Source of the DNA: Podarcis gaigeae
Lineage: Eukaryota
Reading direction: 5' to 3' (one strand)
DNA: 64,000 nucleotides
Assembly: GCA_964106915.2 (NCBI GenBank)
Contig: OZ066918.1
Under the pieces are notes generated by a model. It was not told the DNA's origin and searched no databases. It worked only from the letters and a program-made list of their open reading frames with translations. Positions 63,021-64,000 of this stretch are shown here, piece after piece. Each line of letters begins with the position of its first letter. The stretch's first letter is position 1. A program made the translations under genes and the position numbers.

Positions 63021-64000
63021 TAGGATTCCTAACCCCTTTTTACTAGGAAAGGAAGGTTATCTGCTTACACCGGCTGGGAGAGTACGTGTTACATGATGCT
63101 TTCTAAAGGATAAGCTTTAGCCTTTTTCGTTTTATGGCCTCCATGAAACTTGCAGCACATTCTTTGACTGTTAGCTAGATACCGAATATGAATATAAATT
63201 TGGCTTTTTGTAATCAATGGATAATTTTGTGGAATGTATCCATTATGAAATTACTAACATTTGGTTTTAGTTTTGTAGAAGTCTTTTATTACCCACATTT
63301 CAGCAGAAGCTTATGACATTCTTGGCAATCCGCTGGTTAAATAACAAGCACTCCCCATTTAAATGGCATGCCCTCACTGTGGATAGCAGCTTATTCTGTT
63401 GTTTTTTTTTAAAAGGAACAGGATCTCTTAGCATACAAAGTAGTGATTAAATCTATATAGAAAAGGCCTAACATGCGGGGCTTCTCTTGCACATTATACT
63501 AGATGCCCCTGCGTGGTCATTCACATGAATCATATTTCTGGGTCAGCTGTCATTTTAGTTAACTTATTTATTTAGTACATTTATATTGCATCTTCTTTCT
63601 AGCACAGAAATCAGGGTTCTTTACATCGGTGATCTCCCATTGGTCTCCCATTTAGGCATTGAACAGATCCAGTCTGTGGGCATGTGACAGTGAGAAGGAC
63701 TATTTGACTTTGGTTGAGGAGAGGAACTGCTAAACAGGCGGCGACCATTTTGTGTTTGTCCAACTGACACACAATCACTGATGCCCTGGTCCTTTTGGAC
63801 CTAGCAGAGGGCAGAACAGGGGCAGGCTAATGCAGTGCGTGTGGGGGCCAGAAATGGAATCCCCATGCAAAATGGTTGCCGCCTGCACAAGGGCATATTC
63901 CAACATTTTGGTTTTTAATTTTTTTTACCCTTGAGTATGCTTGAATACAGCAAAATAAAGCACTCCCTGTATTATACAGGTTCTGCAGAGTGCTGATGAT

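Overview
Vertebrate genomic DNA, almost certainly a squamate reptile and probably a lacertid lizard (inferred from Sauria SINEs, BovB, tRNA-Lys/CR1-tail SINEs and Squam3-like SINEs). The whole window lies inside the FGFR2 gene on the + strand. I can trace 11 coding exons with consistent phases and canonical AG acceptors: the Ig-II exons, IIIa, the mutually exclusive IIIb and IIIc exons, the transmembrane exon with its GT / non-canonical GA double donor, the juxtamembrane exon and four kinase exons up to the activation loop. The gene continues beyond both ends. Exon numbers follow the convention IIIa=7, IIIb=8, IIIc=9. The IIIb/IIIc splicing-control elements are visible. Almost all short ORFs in the track are intronic noise or transposon remnants. 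The most striking non-coding signal is a young Penelope-like insertion (44913-45298). It forms a perfect 140-bp inverted repeat carrying a minimal hammerhead ribozyme on each strand, so the FGFR2 pre-mRNA contains a ribozyme preceded by its own perfect antisense. Other notable features are a ~99% identical 377-bp duplication straddling exon 6, the apparent loss of the U-rich IAS1 element after exon IIIb, a BovB insertion with a 46-bp flanking duplication, and hAT MITEs sharing a core but with different termini. Comparisons to human FGFR2 and repeat family names come from recall, not from database searches.
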